Counted from the stretch's first letter, positions 26,279 to 37,063 are shown. The stretch is 37,266 nucleotides of DNA from a virus (IMGVR_UViG_3300030330_006200:1-37266); one strand, 5' to 3'. Notes: generated by a model from the letters alone, not told the origin. Numbers and translations are program-made.

Positions 26279-29152
26279 CTATCTAATGTTGACATTTCCT
26301 TGAGTTTCACCATATACTAAACCACCGATTATTGTAACTTTACCAGCTATAGCTTTTACTGTAAGTCCCCCATCTCCTGCTTTTCTTATCATTGGCCCAG
26401 TCCCTCTAGTGTCCATTTTAGGTAGCCATGTTCGTCCACCTCTCCATGCTAATCCACCAGGCGCGCCCCAACCACCACCACCAGCAGCAGTGTTTCCCGT
26501 GTAGGTTTCCTGAAATAGATCTTGCCCGCCAACAAAGCGACTACCGACATCGACTCCGGCCACTTCATAATAACCGGGTTGATTAGTACTACCGCCATGA
26601 ACTAACCCGGACCTATGGTTATAGCCATCCCAACCTGTAGGCGATAAGTATGAAAATCCATTATAGTTTAAAGTTGTTGTTACTTGAAATTCTGTATGAG
26701 ACCCGCTACCTGCCCTATTTACACCAGCTACAATATAAGGAAGCCCAGTTGTGCCTCCATTAACACCGTTAGCTCTCCAATGTGGACCTACTGCCCAATG
26801 CGCGCCACCTCCGTAGCCAAATGGTGATCTTAACCTATAACCGGAATTCCATCCCTTGTATGGTTGACTACTATTATAAGCTGTTACATACGTTTCAATT
26901 TCTCTATCTCTTGTTCTATTTGGTCTAGGTATTATCTGTACATTGACTGATCTGTTATTACGTGGTGCTGTGTTACTCCATGCTGGTCCAGTTCCTTTTA
27001 CGTTGCCAGCAGCATCTAGAGCACCAAACTCAGCTCCAGGAACACCCCCTGTCCCACCACCGTAAGCGGTAGTCGTTAATATACGACCGCCTCCACCACC
27101 TGACCCTTGATCAGGAGCAACGCCTCTGCCTTTGGCTCTTCCTTCTGCGCCGCTTCCGCCGGCTTCACCACCCACGCCGGGTAATAACACCGCCCCCGGT
27201 CCCCAACCAACTGTTACAATATCACCTTGAGCTTTAAATAATTGTAAAGAGTAATTACTAACAAAATTATTATACCATCGACCGTTTCCACCAAGTTGAC
27301 CGGGCGCGCCGCCTGTTCCTCCTGCGGCAGTTGGGAAATATTGTTTACCATCAAGATAATCAAAAACACTCCAATTATTAACCTCCACTTCACTACTAGT
27401 TATCACTCTACCATCCCCATCACCATAGTTCCACCCGGGGAGTTGAAATATTGATGCAGTTCCGCCCCAGCCACCGCCAGCTCCGCCGCCACCACCCGAA
27501 TTACCAAGCTTGGAGGCAGAACCACCACCTCCGCCGCCACCGATACCACCAGCAGTATTATCAATAGTAATTTCAGAGTTACCTATAACATGTATAGCAT
27601 CCCCACCATTTTGTCCATCAGTATAATAAGAACCTCCGTCACCGCCCCTACCCATAATAAATCCTTTATTTATCAACGTTAACCCACCGGGAAAATCATC
27701 TATAACCATTGCAGGTACTTTATCATTATTTGGATCATCAGAGTAAATGTAAACGCCATTATCAATAATAATTCGACAAGCAGCTTGCCCGTTCCATCCA
27801 TTATCTACTGCCCATTGATTTAAATTAAATACGTTATTTTTAGTTGATTTTTTATCACTAGTAATAATAAGCTCAAATGGTAAGCTTGGTCTTGGTCGTT
27901 CAGGTGGAGGTATATTATCAACAAAATCAAGAGGTACACGTCTCCAAAAATATACTGGATAATTTGGTGGTATATTATTATGATTTATAGACTGACCGGT
28001 TGTTGTTGATTCAACAACTCTCGAACCTGGAACTAATCCATAATATAAATTTTCACCAAATCGTGCTTGTTCTGGTAATTCGTTTAACTCTATTAATCTA
28101 TTAACACCCGCTAATGCCTTTTGCGCTTCTCTTACCCCGAGAACACCGATAATAAAATCACGCGCTTTAAGTAAATCTGCATCAGAAAATCTACCCGGGT
28201 GTACTCTACTTTGCGTACGAGGATCAAATACAGGTCTAGCAATAAAATACTCTGTACCTTGAAATGTCCATCTTACATTAATTGGTCTTGGACTGTTACC
28301 AATAAATTTACCTGTTGTATTTAGCATACCACCCCAACCAGGACCACCAGCTGATGGCTGAGCCCAACCTTTCAGTGATTGATTCGAATACTGTGGGTCG
28401 AAATCTGCATCAGTATATGTTCTACCCTGTTCATGACGAGCTTTAATTAAATAATCCCGGTAATTTAATTGATCGTTGTATTCGGTATTATTTTGAAATG
28501 CAACAATTGCATCACTATCTAGATAACGCCCATCATCACCAGTTAATTGTTTCGGGTTAATAGTATCTCCGAAGTAATATATAAAACCAACATTTGTACC
28601 TTCACCTTGTTTACCAGCCGGCACTATCTCCGTTCTAGTATCAGTTGTATGAGTATGATTTGGTAAGTCTTCTAATAAAATAGGAGCTCTATACTCACCA
28701 GCTATGTCACCTTGTTGAAGATTATTACCATTTCTTTGCTTGTTGCTTCCAGCTGTAAAAGTAAAGGTATCGTCATTTTTATCTGTATACGTTCCGGCAC
28801 CAACCGAAAATAATCCCTCTGATTCTAAAACCCATTTTGTACCCATTATTCTAGATCCCGGGTTTACAAAATTTGTTGTCATTATTATAACATTAATAGG
28901 AAAAAAAGCATCTAGCCATTCTTTTTGATAAGACCACCCTATAGGCTCCACGTAACTATTAATTATAAATCTATTGTCAGCTGAACTTAAAGATATACCG
29001 GTAACATTTCCTACCCCGTCATACACTTTCGCTACCCCAGCTGGGTGTTCTCCAGCATCACGTCTATCCCAAGAAGCAATACTACCACCGCTTATGTGTA
29101 ATAAAGATGTGTATTGATCTGATATACGTTGTTGTGAAAGACTTTCTGGCAT
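26279..29152 (-). CDS. Fibre protein: gp10-C-like domain fused to a gp38-like polyglycine adhesin domain
   Basis: N-terminus paralogous to 25167-26246; PNHTH; HNNIPPNYPVYFWRRV; then LINKGFIMGRGGDGG..GGDAI..GGIGGGGGGG; TAAATA at 29159-29164. Confidence 0.78.
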   Translation of the reverse strand: MPESLSQQRISDQYTSLLHISGGSIASWDRRDAGEHPAGVAKVYDGVGNVTGISLSSADNRFIINSYVEPIGWSYQKEWLDAFFPINVIIMTTNFVNPGSRIMGTKWVLESEGLFSVGAGTYTDKNDDTFTFTAGSNKQRNGNNLQQGDIAGEYRAPILLEDLPNHTHTTDTRTEIVPAGKQGEGTNVGFIYYFGDTINPKQLTGDDGRYLDSDAIVAFQNNTEYNDQLNYRDYLIKARHEQGRTYTDADFDPQYSNQSLKGWAQPSAGGPGWGGMLNTTGKFIGNSPRPINVRWTFQGTEYFIARPVFDPRTQSRVHPGRFSDADLLKARDFIIGVLGVREAQKALAGVNRLIELNELPEQARFGENLYYGLVPGSRVVESTTTGQSINHNNIPPNYPVYFWRRVPLDFVDNIPPPERPRPSLPFELIITSDKKSTKNNVFNLNQWAVDNGWNGQAACRIIIDNGVYIYSDDPNNDKVPAMVIDDFPGGLTLINKGFIMGRGGDGGSYYTDGQNGGDAIHVIGNSEITIDNTAGGIGGGGGGGSASKLGNSGGGGGAGGGWGGTASIFQLPGWNYGDGDGRVITSSEVEVNNWSVFDYLDGKQYFPTAAGGTGGAPGQLGGNGRWYNNFVSNYSLQLFKAQGDIVTVGWGPGAVLLPGVGGEAGGSGAEGRAKGRGVAPDQGSGGGGGRILTTTAYGGGTGGVPGAEFGALDAAGNVKGTGPAWSNTAPRNNRSVNVQIIPRPNRTRDREIETYVTAYNSSQPYKGWNSGYRLRSPFGYGGGAHWAVGPHWRANGVNGGTTGLPYIVAGVNRAGSGSHTEFQVTTTLNYNGFSYLSPTGWDGYNHRSGLVHGGSTNQPGYYEVAGVDVGSRFVGGQDLFQETYTGNTAAGGGGWGAPGGLAWRGGRTWLPKMDTRGTGPMIRKAGDGGLTVKAIAGKVTIIGGLVYGETQGNVNIR

Positions 29153-29166
29153 TATGTATATTTATT

Positions 29167-31137
29167 TTAGTAATTAGGAGTACCACTATCAGTACTACCC
29201 GGGTTTATTTCATCAAATTCTACCTCACCAATAACTATGTCACCAAAAAAGTCTTCTTCTGGACCTTCTAATAGTTCTGATTTATCTATTATACTATTTA
29301 AAACTTGTTGCTGTAATTCAAAAAGTTGGTTAATAACTCGTGAAACAACATTATAATCCACTGCTTCATTTTCATGAAATTCAATATCTCTAAAATTAAT
29401 ATCTAATCCTTTGTAAGTTATATAATCTCTTAGTATAGGTATACCAGCTGATTCTGTTGCTGCTGGTATGAGACTAAGACTTAAAAAGATGTTTATTGTA
29501 TCTTTAATAATATTTTGTATTTCGCTATTTAATGTGCTTCCTAAGCTCGATTCACAGCTCGTAATTTTTTCATATAAATTTTTAAGATCTAATGGTACGA
29601 AGTTTTGATACAACAGATTACTTTCTTTAAACAAATATATACGACCGATATTATGTAAAAGGAAAAATAGATCAGTTTCATTTTTAGTTACTATATAGTT
29701 TATATAGTTAAAGTAGTTTGATCTAAGTATATTAGAATTAAACTTCTTTTCGATTAAGTTAAAACGTTCTCCAGTATTATTAAAGTACATATCAGGTAGA
29801 TATTGTAAATTTTCTGGATCTGCAAAACCAGAAACTTCTTCAGGGTTTGATATAAATCTCGTTGTTATAAAGCCTTTATCGTTTATTATAAAAACATTTG
29901 AATCATTTTGTGAGAAAAATATTTCAATATCATCTTCTTCAACTGCGGTAAATTCATATGTCGGCCTATGCCTAAATACACATTTTGGATTTAAACTTGA
30001 ACTTAGATTGGTTATTTTTTCAGCATCTAATTGATATAGGTAAAATACACCTTCCCCACTAGTATCCTTTTCACTAATTTCTGGTGATACCTGCCCCGGT
30101 TCAGTTAAAATTAAAATAGAATCATCTGAGTCTCTTATATCGAAAGAAACTATATTTTCATCTTCCTCAGCTATAATCGTTGCAATTAATTTATTCGAGT
30201 ATTTGTTTCTAATAGAAATAGCTATTGTATCAATTCCTTCCTCTTCATTTATTTCATGGTATCTATAACCTAATAAATTGTTTCCTATTTTAACTGTTTT
30301 ATCGATTACGTCTTCACGTAGAGTTATTTTATCTACAAGCTTTAACTTTCCGCAAGGGTTAATAAAACTATTGTCGTATAAGTTAAGATCTACTTCTACT
30401 GAGCCAGCTGATAAACTGTATAATATATCTGTTGAATTATCATACGTAAATCTAGTACCACCTTTGAATAAGGTTTCACCAGTATCCTCATCAGGTGTAA
30501 TAGGTACTAAGTTACTATTTTTAACAAAGCTACCCGAGAAAGTATGTGAAGTCGTTGGCGTTGTCGTAAAATAAAAATATGTCTCATCATTATAAACAAA
30601 TAAAGTACTATCGATAGTGTCGTCTAGTACATTAACACCTTGTACCTTATCAATAAAGCTAAATGGATCGATTTGAATAGGAAATTGATTATCTTTAGCT
30701 AGTTTTGTATCATCATTACGTGTATCATTTTTACCACTAGATAACCCTAAAAAGTATGCATTTCCATTTTTTGCAGAGTTTTTGAAGTTGAGCAAATCAT
30801 TCCGCGATGTTATATTTAATGCATATAGATTAAGATTATTTTGATTTAGAATACCTAAATTTGTATCAATAAAAGATTGATCAATAACACTTCTTGGAGA
30901 TATAATAGGTCTCGTTAGTATGTTAGACTCTACTGTTGGTGTTGTTGTTCTATCGAACTCTAACTTATGCAAAATACTATTTGCAAAAAAAGTATCAGTA
31001 GATTGTAAAACATGTGAAGACGTGGTAAGTGACTTCCCAGTATAAGCTACACCATCTCTTACGTTAACAAACCCCGTATACGGCAAGCCGCTTAAAGTAA
31101 AACTACCAGCAGCAGTATATTTAAAATATTCAATCAT
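29167..31137 (-). CDS. Hypothetical structural (baseplate/tail region) protein
   Basis: 656-aa ORF in the late cluster, beta-rich, ATGA overlap with the upstream gene. Confidence 0.75.
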   Translation of the reverse strand: MIEYFKYTAAGSFTLSGLPYTGFVNVRDGVAYTGKSLTTSSHVLQSTDTFFANSILHKLEFDRTTTPTVESNILTRPIISPRSVIDQSFIDTNLGILNQNNLNLYALNITSRNDLLNFKNSAKNGNAYFLGLSSGKNDTRNDDTKLAKDNQFPIQIDPFSFIDKVQGVNVLDDTIDSTLFVYNDETYFYFTTTPTTSHTFSGSFVKNSNLVPITPDEDTGETLFKGGTRFTYDNSTDILYSLSAGSVEVDLNLYDNSFINPCGKLKLVDKITLREDVIDKTVKIGNNLLGYRYHEINEEEGIDTIAISIRNKYSNKLIATIIAEEDENIVSFDIRDSDDSILILTEPGQVSPEISEKDTSGEGVFYLYQLDAEKITNLSSSLNPKCVFRHRPTYEFTAVEEDDIEIFFSQNDSNVFIINDKGFITTRFISNPEEVSGFADPENLQYLPDMYFNNTGERFNLIEKKFNSNILRSNYFNYINYIVTKNETDLFFLLHNIGRIYLFKESNLLYQNFVPLDLKNLYEKITSCESSLGSTLNSEIQNIIKDTINIFLSLSLIPAATESAGIPILRDYITYKGLDINFRDIEFHENEAVDYNVVSRVINQLFELQQQVLNSIIDKSELLEGPEEDFFGDIVIGEVEFDEINPGSTDSGTPNY

Positions 31138-33512
31138 TTTTTATAGTCTATAAATTTAATATCGTTAATGTTTGTTGTCTTTGGAATAGAGTTTTTAATA
31201 TTTGTTAAAATAATATTTTTAACCTCATCACGAATATTACTATCTGTTATATTTAAATTTTTAACATTAATATCCACCTCATTACTCTTATGTTTGAGAT
31301 TTGTATTTATTGAGTTTACAAGTTGTATATTATCTGTTAAATTTCTTTGGCCACATGGTAAAGATATAGTTATGTCTTGTATGTTATTAAGATTAGAACT
31401 AAATAAGAAAGCTAGTCGCTCGTTCTCAGTAAGAGGTTCGAGAGAAAGGTATAGATTATCAATAGCTATTCTGTCTTCCGGGTCATTAGCAGCATTACGT
31501 AATATTTCAATACTCTGCTGTTTATTCTCTTCATCCATATAGTATATAAAAATATCACCAAAGAGAAGACGCTTAGTAAACATTTGAAAGGCATTAACTT
31601 CAAATGTGTACAGCTCAATTGAATTTAAATATAATTTAAATTCCCCTAACACTGCATCAAAAGATAAGAAAATATTATTTTGTTCAAACAAATCAATATT
31701 AAATTCATACTGATATGTTCTTTGTGCTATTCTAGCTGATAAACTTAACCCTTCAGTGCTGTTATCAAATAGTTTATATATGAACTTACAAGTTTTTCCA
31801 TTCTTTTCAAATCTAATACCTCCATCAATTGAATTGTATTCCGACTCTATATAAAAATCATTTGTATCGTTTTGTATAGTGAATCCTAATCCAAAACCAC
31901 CATTCTTATTTATAGTTGAAAAATAATTATTAATCTTTCTATCTACTACTGAAGTTTCACAAAAATTTGTTGGAGATTTTCTAACAAAATCTTCTTTTGT
32001 AATTCTAACATATTTGTATCTTTTTGATGGTTCAAAAATTAAATCACTCTTTTTATCAAAATAATATTTTTGGGTTACAGACGTCTTAAGGTCTGAATTA
32101 GTCATAATTAAATTTTCGACAGCTTGATCATAAGTTATGTTAAATGAACCAACTCCTCCTAAAGCTTCTTCTTTTGTAACTAAATCTGGATAGAAATATC
32201 TATCTACCCAAGTTCCACGTTTACCTATACCACCTGATAACCACGTGCATAGGTAAGTGACATTTTCATTCTTAATAGAATTATCATCTAAGTTATATAC
32301 TCTATCAGATAAATCGGGTGTAATAAAAGAAAAGGAACCACAATCCGTAAATTTGGTATCATTAATGTTAATCTTATCAAAAGGTTGGAGTGAAGATGGT
32401 GTTGTAAAGTGAGTCGTACCTGACCTAATAACTATATCATAATTATGATAAACATAGTTTAGTGCTAATGTTTCGTTTTCTTCACTATCTATGTCTGAAA
32501 AAATACTAGTATAGTTTCTTAAGTTTTGTGCGAATGTAGTTGTCTCAGATGTAGATAGAAGATTATTTGATGATGTAAATGAGTCTTGCGTATTTACTAT
32601 ATTTTTTAAGGTTAAGAAATTAAAAATTTGATTGTTACCATTACTTGAACTATAAAATAAATAGTTAGAAGGTAAATGAAAATCACTTGCTGTGTTTTTG
32701 ATCATACCACTATCATTATATGTTATATATGAAGTATTATATGGGGATGGTATAGTTAAATTTAGCTCTTGATCAAGCCTTATACTAAAAGAGGTCACTG
32801 CAAACTCATTATATTGATTTATAGGATTGAGTCTAGTAGCAATAACCTTATTACCGTCACTAGTAATAGCGTAGACGTTTTTAACACCAGCTTTCTCTTT
32901 TGTAGAATATAAATTAATATAACTCGTTGTTAAATATTTCGATAGATTATAATTTAAATTAAATCCAGATAGAGGCAACTGACTTTCTCCTACAAATAAA
33001 ACTTCGCGTGTTTCTTGAAACTCTTCTTCAGTATCATCTTCAACCACTAAAAAATAACGAAGATTATTTACACGAGTTGCTACTCTACATGTAAAATCAT
33101 CAATTAATTCTATTTCAAATACATCACCTCCTTTTGTACTTATTTCTGCTGTTCCATAATTATCTGCTTCGTAAATTTTATTCTCTATCTTAAAAGTACT
33201 AAGAGAAGCTGGTTTAAACACGCAAAAAGCTGTAGCACTAAAACCAAAATTTAACGTTGATGTATACTTGTTTGGTCTTACTCTTGGTGCGTTATATGTT
33301 GTAACACTATCTAATAAAACATTATTGGTAAGGTAAAAGTTAGTGTAGTTTAAATTTTTAAAGCTCTGTGAGCTAGAGAGAGCTTGAATAAAATTTATCT
33401 TAAAGCCCCCATTGAATGTCCGCGGAAATTGATCTAATTCAATATTCATTGGACAAAAGCTAGCCTCTGCTGAGCTAAGTGCACTTAGACTAGATTTTAC
33501 TAAAGATCCCAT
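31134..33512 (-). CDS. Hypothetical structural protein
   Basis: About 792 aa. Start moved from TTG 33518 to ATG 33512 because TAAATA (33519-33524) lies 6 nt upstream of that ATG. Confidence 0.75.
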   Translation of the reverse strand: MGSLVKSSLSALSSAEASFCPMNIELDQFPRTFNGGFKINFIQALSSSQSFKNLNYTNFYLTNNVLLDSVTTYNAPRVRPNKYTSTLNFGFSATAFCVFKPASLSTFKIENKIYEADNYGTAEISTKGGDVFEIELIDDFTCRVATRVNNLRYFLVVEDDTEEEFQETREVLFVGESQLPLSGFNLNYNLSKYLTTSYINLYSTKEKAGVKNVYAITSDGNKVIATRLNPINQYNEFAVTSFSIRLDQELNLTIPSPYNTSYITYNDSGMIKNTASDFHLPSNYLFYSSSNGNNQIFNFLTLKNIVNTQDSFTSSNNLLSTSETTTFAQNLRNYTSIFSDIDSEENETLALNYVYHNYDIVIRSGTTHFTTPSSLQPFDKININDTKFTDCGSFSFITPDLSDRVYNLDDNSIKNENVTYLCTWLSGGIGKRGTWVDRYFYPDLVTKEEALGGVGSFNITYDQAVENLIMTNSDLKTSVTQKYYFDKKSDLIFEPSKRYKYVRITKEDFVRKSPTNFCETSVVDRKINNYFSTINKNGGFGLGFTIQNDTNDFYIESEYNSIDGGIRFEKNGKTCKFIYKLFDNSTEGLSLSARIAQRTYQYEFNIDLFEQNNIFLSFDAVLGEFKLYLNSIELYTFEVNAFQMFTKRLLFGDIFIYYMDEENKQQSIEILRNAANDPEDRIAIDNLYLSLEPLTENERLAFLFSSNLNNIQDITISLPCGQRNLTDNIQLVNSINTNLKHKSNEVDINVKNLNITDSNIRDEVKNIILTNIKNSIPKTTNINDIKFIDYKK

Positions 33513-33521
33513 TAACAATAT

Positions 33522-34058
33522 TTATGCTGTGTCTTCTTTATAAGATTCGTTATCCAATTGAACAATATAATTATCTTTTTTAGTAAGAAAAGTAAATCTA
33601 GAGCTATTATAGCTTTTGTTTAAGAGATCCAGACCTACTAAGTCAATATCTTCAACAGTTTGATAATAACTGCCCGTTCGTATATTTATTGGAGCGCTTA
33701 ATTGTGTTGTTTCACCTGTAACATACCCGATATTAATTTTTAATACTACTGATTTGTTAAGCGCAAAATCAGAAGGCTCGTATATATGATTATATAAATC
33801 TGATAGATATTTCGGTACAATACCTCTATTTATTTCAGGATATATTGAATCTTTTATATAATCACGAAAGATAGTAACATCTGGCTCTAATACAGGCGTA
33901 CCATCACCCCAGTCAATTGCTAGATAGTTTGGAAATGTACCAGTAAATATATCCACTAAATTTATATTAAAGCTGGTAACATCAAAAAGATTGATAGTTT
34001 CATAAAGTATAGAACCACCAACTTCTGTTGTAGATATAGAGAAAGTAAATGTATTCAT
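33522..34058 (-). CDS. Hypothetical structural protein with a PKD/Ig-like signature
   Basis: IDWGDGT..HIY motif; ATGA overlap with the upstream gene. Confidence 0.7.
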   Translation of the reverse strand: MNTFTFSISTTEVGGSILYETINLFDVTSFNINLVDIFTGTFPNYLAIDWGDGTPVLEPDVTIFRDYIKDSIYPEINRGIVPKYLSDLYNHIYEPSDFALNKSVVLKINIGYVTGETTQLSAPINIRTGSYYQTVEDIDLVGLDLLNKSYNSSRFTFLTKKDNYIVQLDNESYKEDTA

Positions 34059-37048
34059 AGTATTAAAGCTGCTCCGGATAAGGGTGAAGGTGTAACGTTA
34101 GTTGTTGTTAAGGTAGGTACAATAGATGATAGTACAAAATTGATATTATTTAAATTGCGTATATTTTTTGCTGATTGTGTAAAGTTAAAAGTAAATCTAC
34201 TATTATTACAAACATATGCTTCTGTATTTAAAAACTTAACGTCATCAACATACTCAAAGAGATAATTTAATAAGACCGGTCCTTTATTTTGATCCTTTAA
34301 AATTACAGCAAGATTAAATTGATTATTATCACTGCTATACGTCAGTAGAGGGCGACTACACTCAATGTATACTGAATCATCAGCTGTTAATGCAAAGTAC
34401 GCTGCTGATGAAAGAACTGGGTTACCAGTTGTTGGATATATTTGTTCACTCTTATCGTTTGAATAATTATATTTGTAGATCTCTGGGTAAAAATTATCAC
34501 CTTTATAACCTACTTGCTGCCTCGCCATCCGACAGTAGAAAACATTATCCTGTACCTTTAGCCTATTACTGGCCTTATCAAAGAAATTTGTATTTATCGT
34601 TAATGAATTTGTAAAAGTATTTGGCGTTTTAAATGTTTCATTATCGTAATTAGTTCTCTCAATAACTACGTAACTACTAGTTTCGATAAATAATGTATTA
34701 TAGAAGATATCGAAATTAACAACAGCCGTGGATAATTCATTACAAACAGCTTTGTTATACTTTGTAGAGATATAAGGTAACCACTCTGTAAGCTCTTTTA
34801 CTGCTGGTTTATTTGGAGCTTGATTTATATTTTTAACGTATATCTTACCTAGGTGTTCTCTTTTATCAAAAAATCTTGCTGCCGCAGACGTAACGTCAGC
34901 TATAGATGTTTTCGCAAAAACATCTGTTTTATAATCAAAATTTTCTCTATTTTGCGAATAGTTAAATATAATATTATCTGTAAATAAGCCACCGTCATAA
35001 TTCTTAACACCATTCCCGGAGTTACCGGATCCGCCTGATAGTCGAACATTATAACTAAAATTACCGGAGAGACTTTTAGTAAAAGCATCGGTAGGATCAC
35101 ACAACGCTGTAAAAATAGTTTTATTAGGAAAGGAAGTAGGGTATGGAGGGTTTGAATTAAACAAACCAATACCTGCTTCTGTTAGTTCTGAAAAATAAAA
35201 TTGCGATGTACTTGTAGCGTAGGAACTTAAATCTGAAACATTTGAGACACCGATATCAGTGGCGCTTGTTGGATCTACGAGAGCCTCTGTATCTGAAAAA
35301 GCAAAATACGCACCTTCCTTTACATCAGCATCAATAGTAAAGCCTACGGGTCTTTTATAGTCGACTTCTAAATAGTTAGATGGCTCTTTTAGCCCTTGAT
35401 AGGGATTAAAATATCTGTAAAATATATTGTAAGCTGAAGTCGGGAAACTAGTCCAACTACTCGGTGTATCGGGTATTAAGCCAGGTGTAGATCGGCCAGT
35501 AAATCCATTTGTAAAGGTAGAAAGACCTGATCTTATAGTCTCAGCAAATGTAACAGAATCTGATATTTTATATGAAAATTTATAACCTTCACCATACAGA
35601 TCATCAAAAAATTGATAACCATTCATTAACAAACTCTTAACTTGTTTACGTGTTTCGAGTGTTACATTGTCCCTATAGTAATTTGAATCCTTTACCAAGC
35701 CAAATATGTTACCAAAGAGATCTTTTTTACCATCAAAAATATAACCTTCATCAAATAGATAAGATAAATCAGTATTTAAATTTCTATCCTGACCCATTTC
35801 AGAATTATAACCTATAAAAGCAGTACTATCTCTATCTGTGTTAGGTTGATTAACTGCAATACCCTTACTCGCATTATTAATGGCACGCGACGTATCGATA
35901 ATAAATGTAAGAACATTTTCTGTATTTGTAAATAAGTTAGGGTCTGGAAAAATATATAATTGATTTGGTGGATATTTTTTTCTCGTGAAAAATTGTAATC
36001 GTTTACCTTCAATAACTACAATTGCAGAATTTTGTGGTCTAAAAAATCCTAGATCTCGCTTGCTAACTATATCATTAGAAAAAATTGATGCTGTAGATGG
36101 AAAATCTTGATTTAAGAAATTAGCATATGGCTTTTGTGCTTTAAACAACATTTTTATATTGTTGTTTTCGTCAAGTTCAGGGTTACCCTCCCCATCTGTT
36201 GTAATATAATAGAAATCAGCTCCCATGAACTTTTCTGTAAGCTTCCTTTTATTACTAAATAAAGAATCTTCTTTTACATTAAAATTTAAAGTTTGTTGAG
36301 CTTCTTTAAGCTCAATTAGATCACTAGCAACATTAGCAAAGACCTGTTGTATAAGCGACTCATCATTTAATAAAAATATATTATCTCGTGGTAACTGTGA
36401 AGGATCATACCCTTGAAAAGTTTTACCGTAAGATGATGCATCAGGAGTTTTATTAAAGTACTGCGCGAAGTTATCAAAGTACTCTGTCATCGATATTGAT
36501 AAACGTTCTTTAATTTTATCTATATCATAGTCCTTACCAGCTGTACTGCGATTTTCTAGAAATTCTAAAATGAGATCTATAGCAGCTTGCTCTGCACCTA
36601 ATGTACTACCCTTTACCTTCGCTTTTGTAGCTGCATAATGCAGCTTTTGTCTCTTACTTTTGTAGTAAGATATAATACTTCGTATCTTCTTACTGTAAAA
36701 AGACATTGCTACTTCTAAATCATGAGCATCAGAAAAATCTAATTGTGTAAGATATCTTTGCTCTGCATTAGTAGAAAAATTTAAAGTAATATCTTTTAAA
36801 AAGTCACGATATCGTTCAATTATTATATCTTTATTATCACTGTCCTTACCTTTAGTCTGTGAATTCCACCTAGTAATATATGTATTGTAAAACCCGGTTA
36901 ACGTATCAGGATCATATTGCTCAGTTACAGTTTCAATAAACTGAACAAAAGAAAATGGAGTAAATCTATCTAATGCATCATCACGTTTTACGTTAGGATT
37001 AGTTATAGATAAATCTACTTCAGGGTAGCCTGTAACAATGGTATCCAT
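34055..37048 (-). CDS. Large hypothetical structural protein, baseplate/tail region
   Basis: 997-aa ORF with TAAATA (37055-37060) 6 nt upstream. Confidence 0.75.
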   Translation of the reverse strand: MDTIVTGYPEVDLSITNPNVKRDDALDRFTPFSFVQFIETVTEQYDPDTLTGFYNTYITRWNSQTKGKDSDNKDIIIERYRDFLKDITLNFSTNAEQRYLTQLDFSDAHDLEVAMSFYSKKIRSIISYYKSKRQKLHYAATKAKVKGSTLGAEQAAIDLILEFLENRSTAGKDYDIDKIKERLSISMTEYFDNFAQYFNKTPDASSYGKTFQGYDPSQLPRDNIFLLNDESLIQQVFANVASDLIELKEAQQTLNFNVKEDSLFSNKRKLTEKFMGADFYYITTDGEGNPELDENNNIKMLFKAQKPYANFLNQDFPSTASIFSNDIVSKRDLGFFRPQNSAIVVIEGKRLQFFTRKKYPPNQLYIFPDPNLFTNTENVLTFIIDTSRAINNASKGIAVNQPNTDRDSTAFIGYNSEMGQDRNLNTDLSYLFDEGYIFDGKKDLFGNIFGLVKDSNYYRDNVTLETRKQVKSLLMNGYQFFDDLYGEGYKFSYKISDSVTFAETIRSGLSTFTNGFTGRSTPGLIPDTPSSWTSFPTSAYNIFYRYFNPYQGLKEPSNYLEVDYKRPVGFTIDADVKEGAYFAFSDTEALVDPTSATDIGVSNVSDLSSYATSTSQFYFSELTEAGIGLFNSNPPYPTSFPNKTIFTALCDPTDAFTKSLSGNFSYNVRLSGGSGNSGNGVKNYDGGLFTDNIIFNYSQNRENFDYKTDVFAKTSIADVTSAAARFFDKREHLGKIYVKNINQAPNKPAVKELTEWLPYISTKYNKAVCNELSTAVVNFDIFYNTLFIETSSYVVIERTNYDNETFKTPNTFTNSLTINTNFFDKASNRLKVQDNVFYCRMARQQVGYKGDNFYPEIYKYNYSNDKSEQIYPTTGNPVLSSAAYFALTADDSVYIECSRPLLTYSSDNNQFNLAVILKDQNKGPVLLNYLFEYVDDVKFLNTEAYVCNNSRFTFNFTQSAKNIRNLNNINFVLSSIVPTLTTTNVTPSPLSGAALIL

Positions 37049-37063
37049 TAAACATATTTATCT

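Noticed and set aside
21916-29152. Diversity-generating retroelement or invertible fibre cassette
   Set aside because: No reverse transcriptase or invertase, and I saw no near-identical template/variable repeat pair. Paralog similarity is mostly at protein level.
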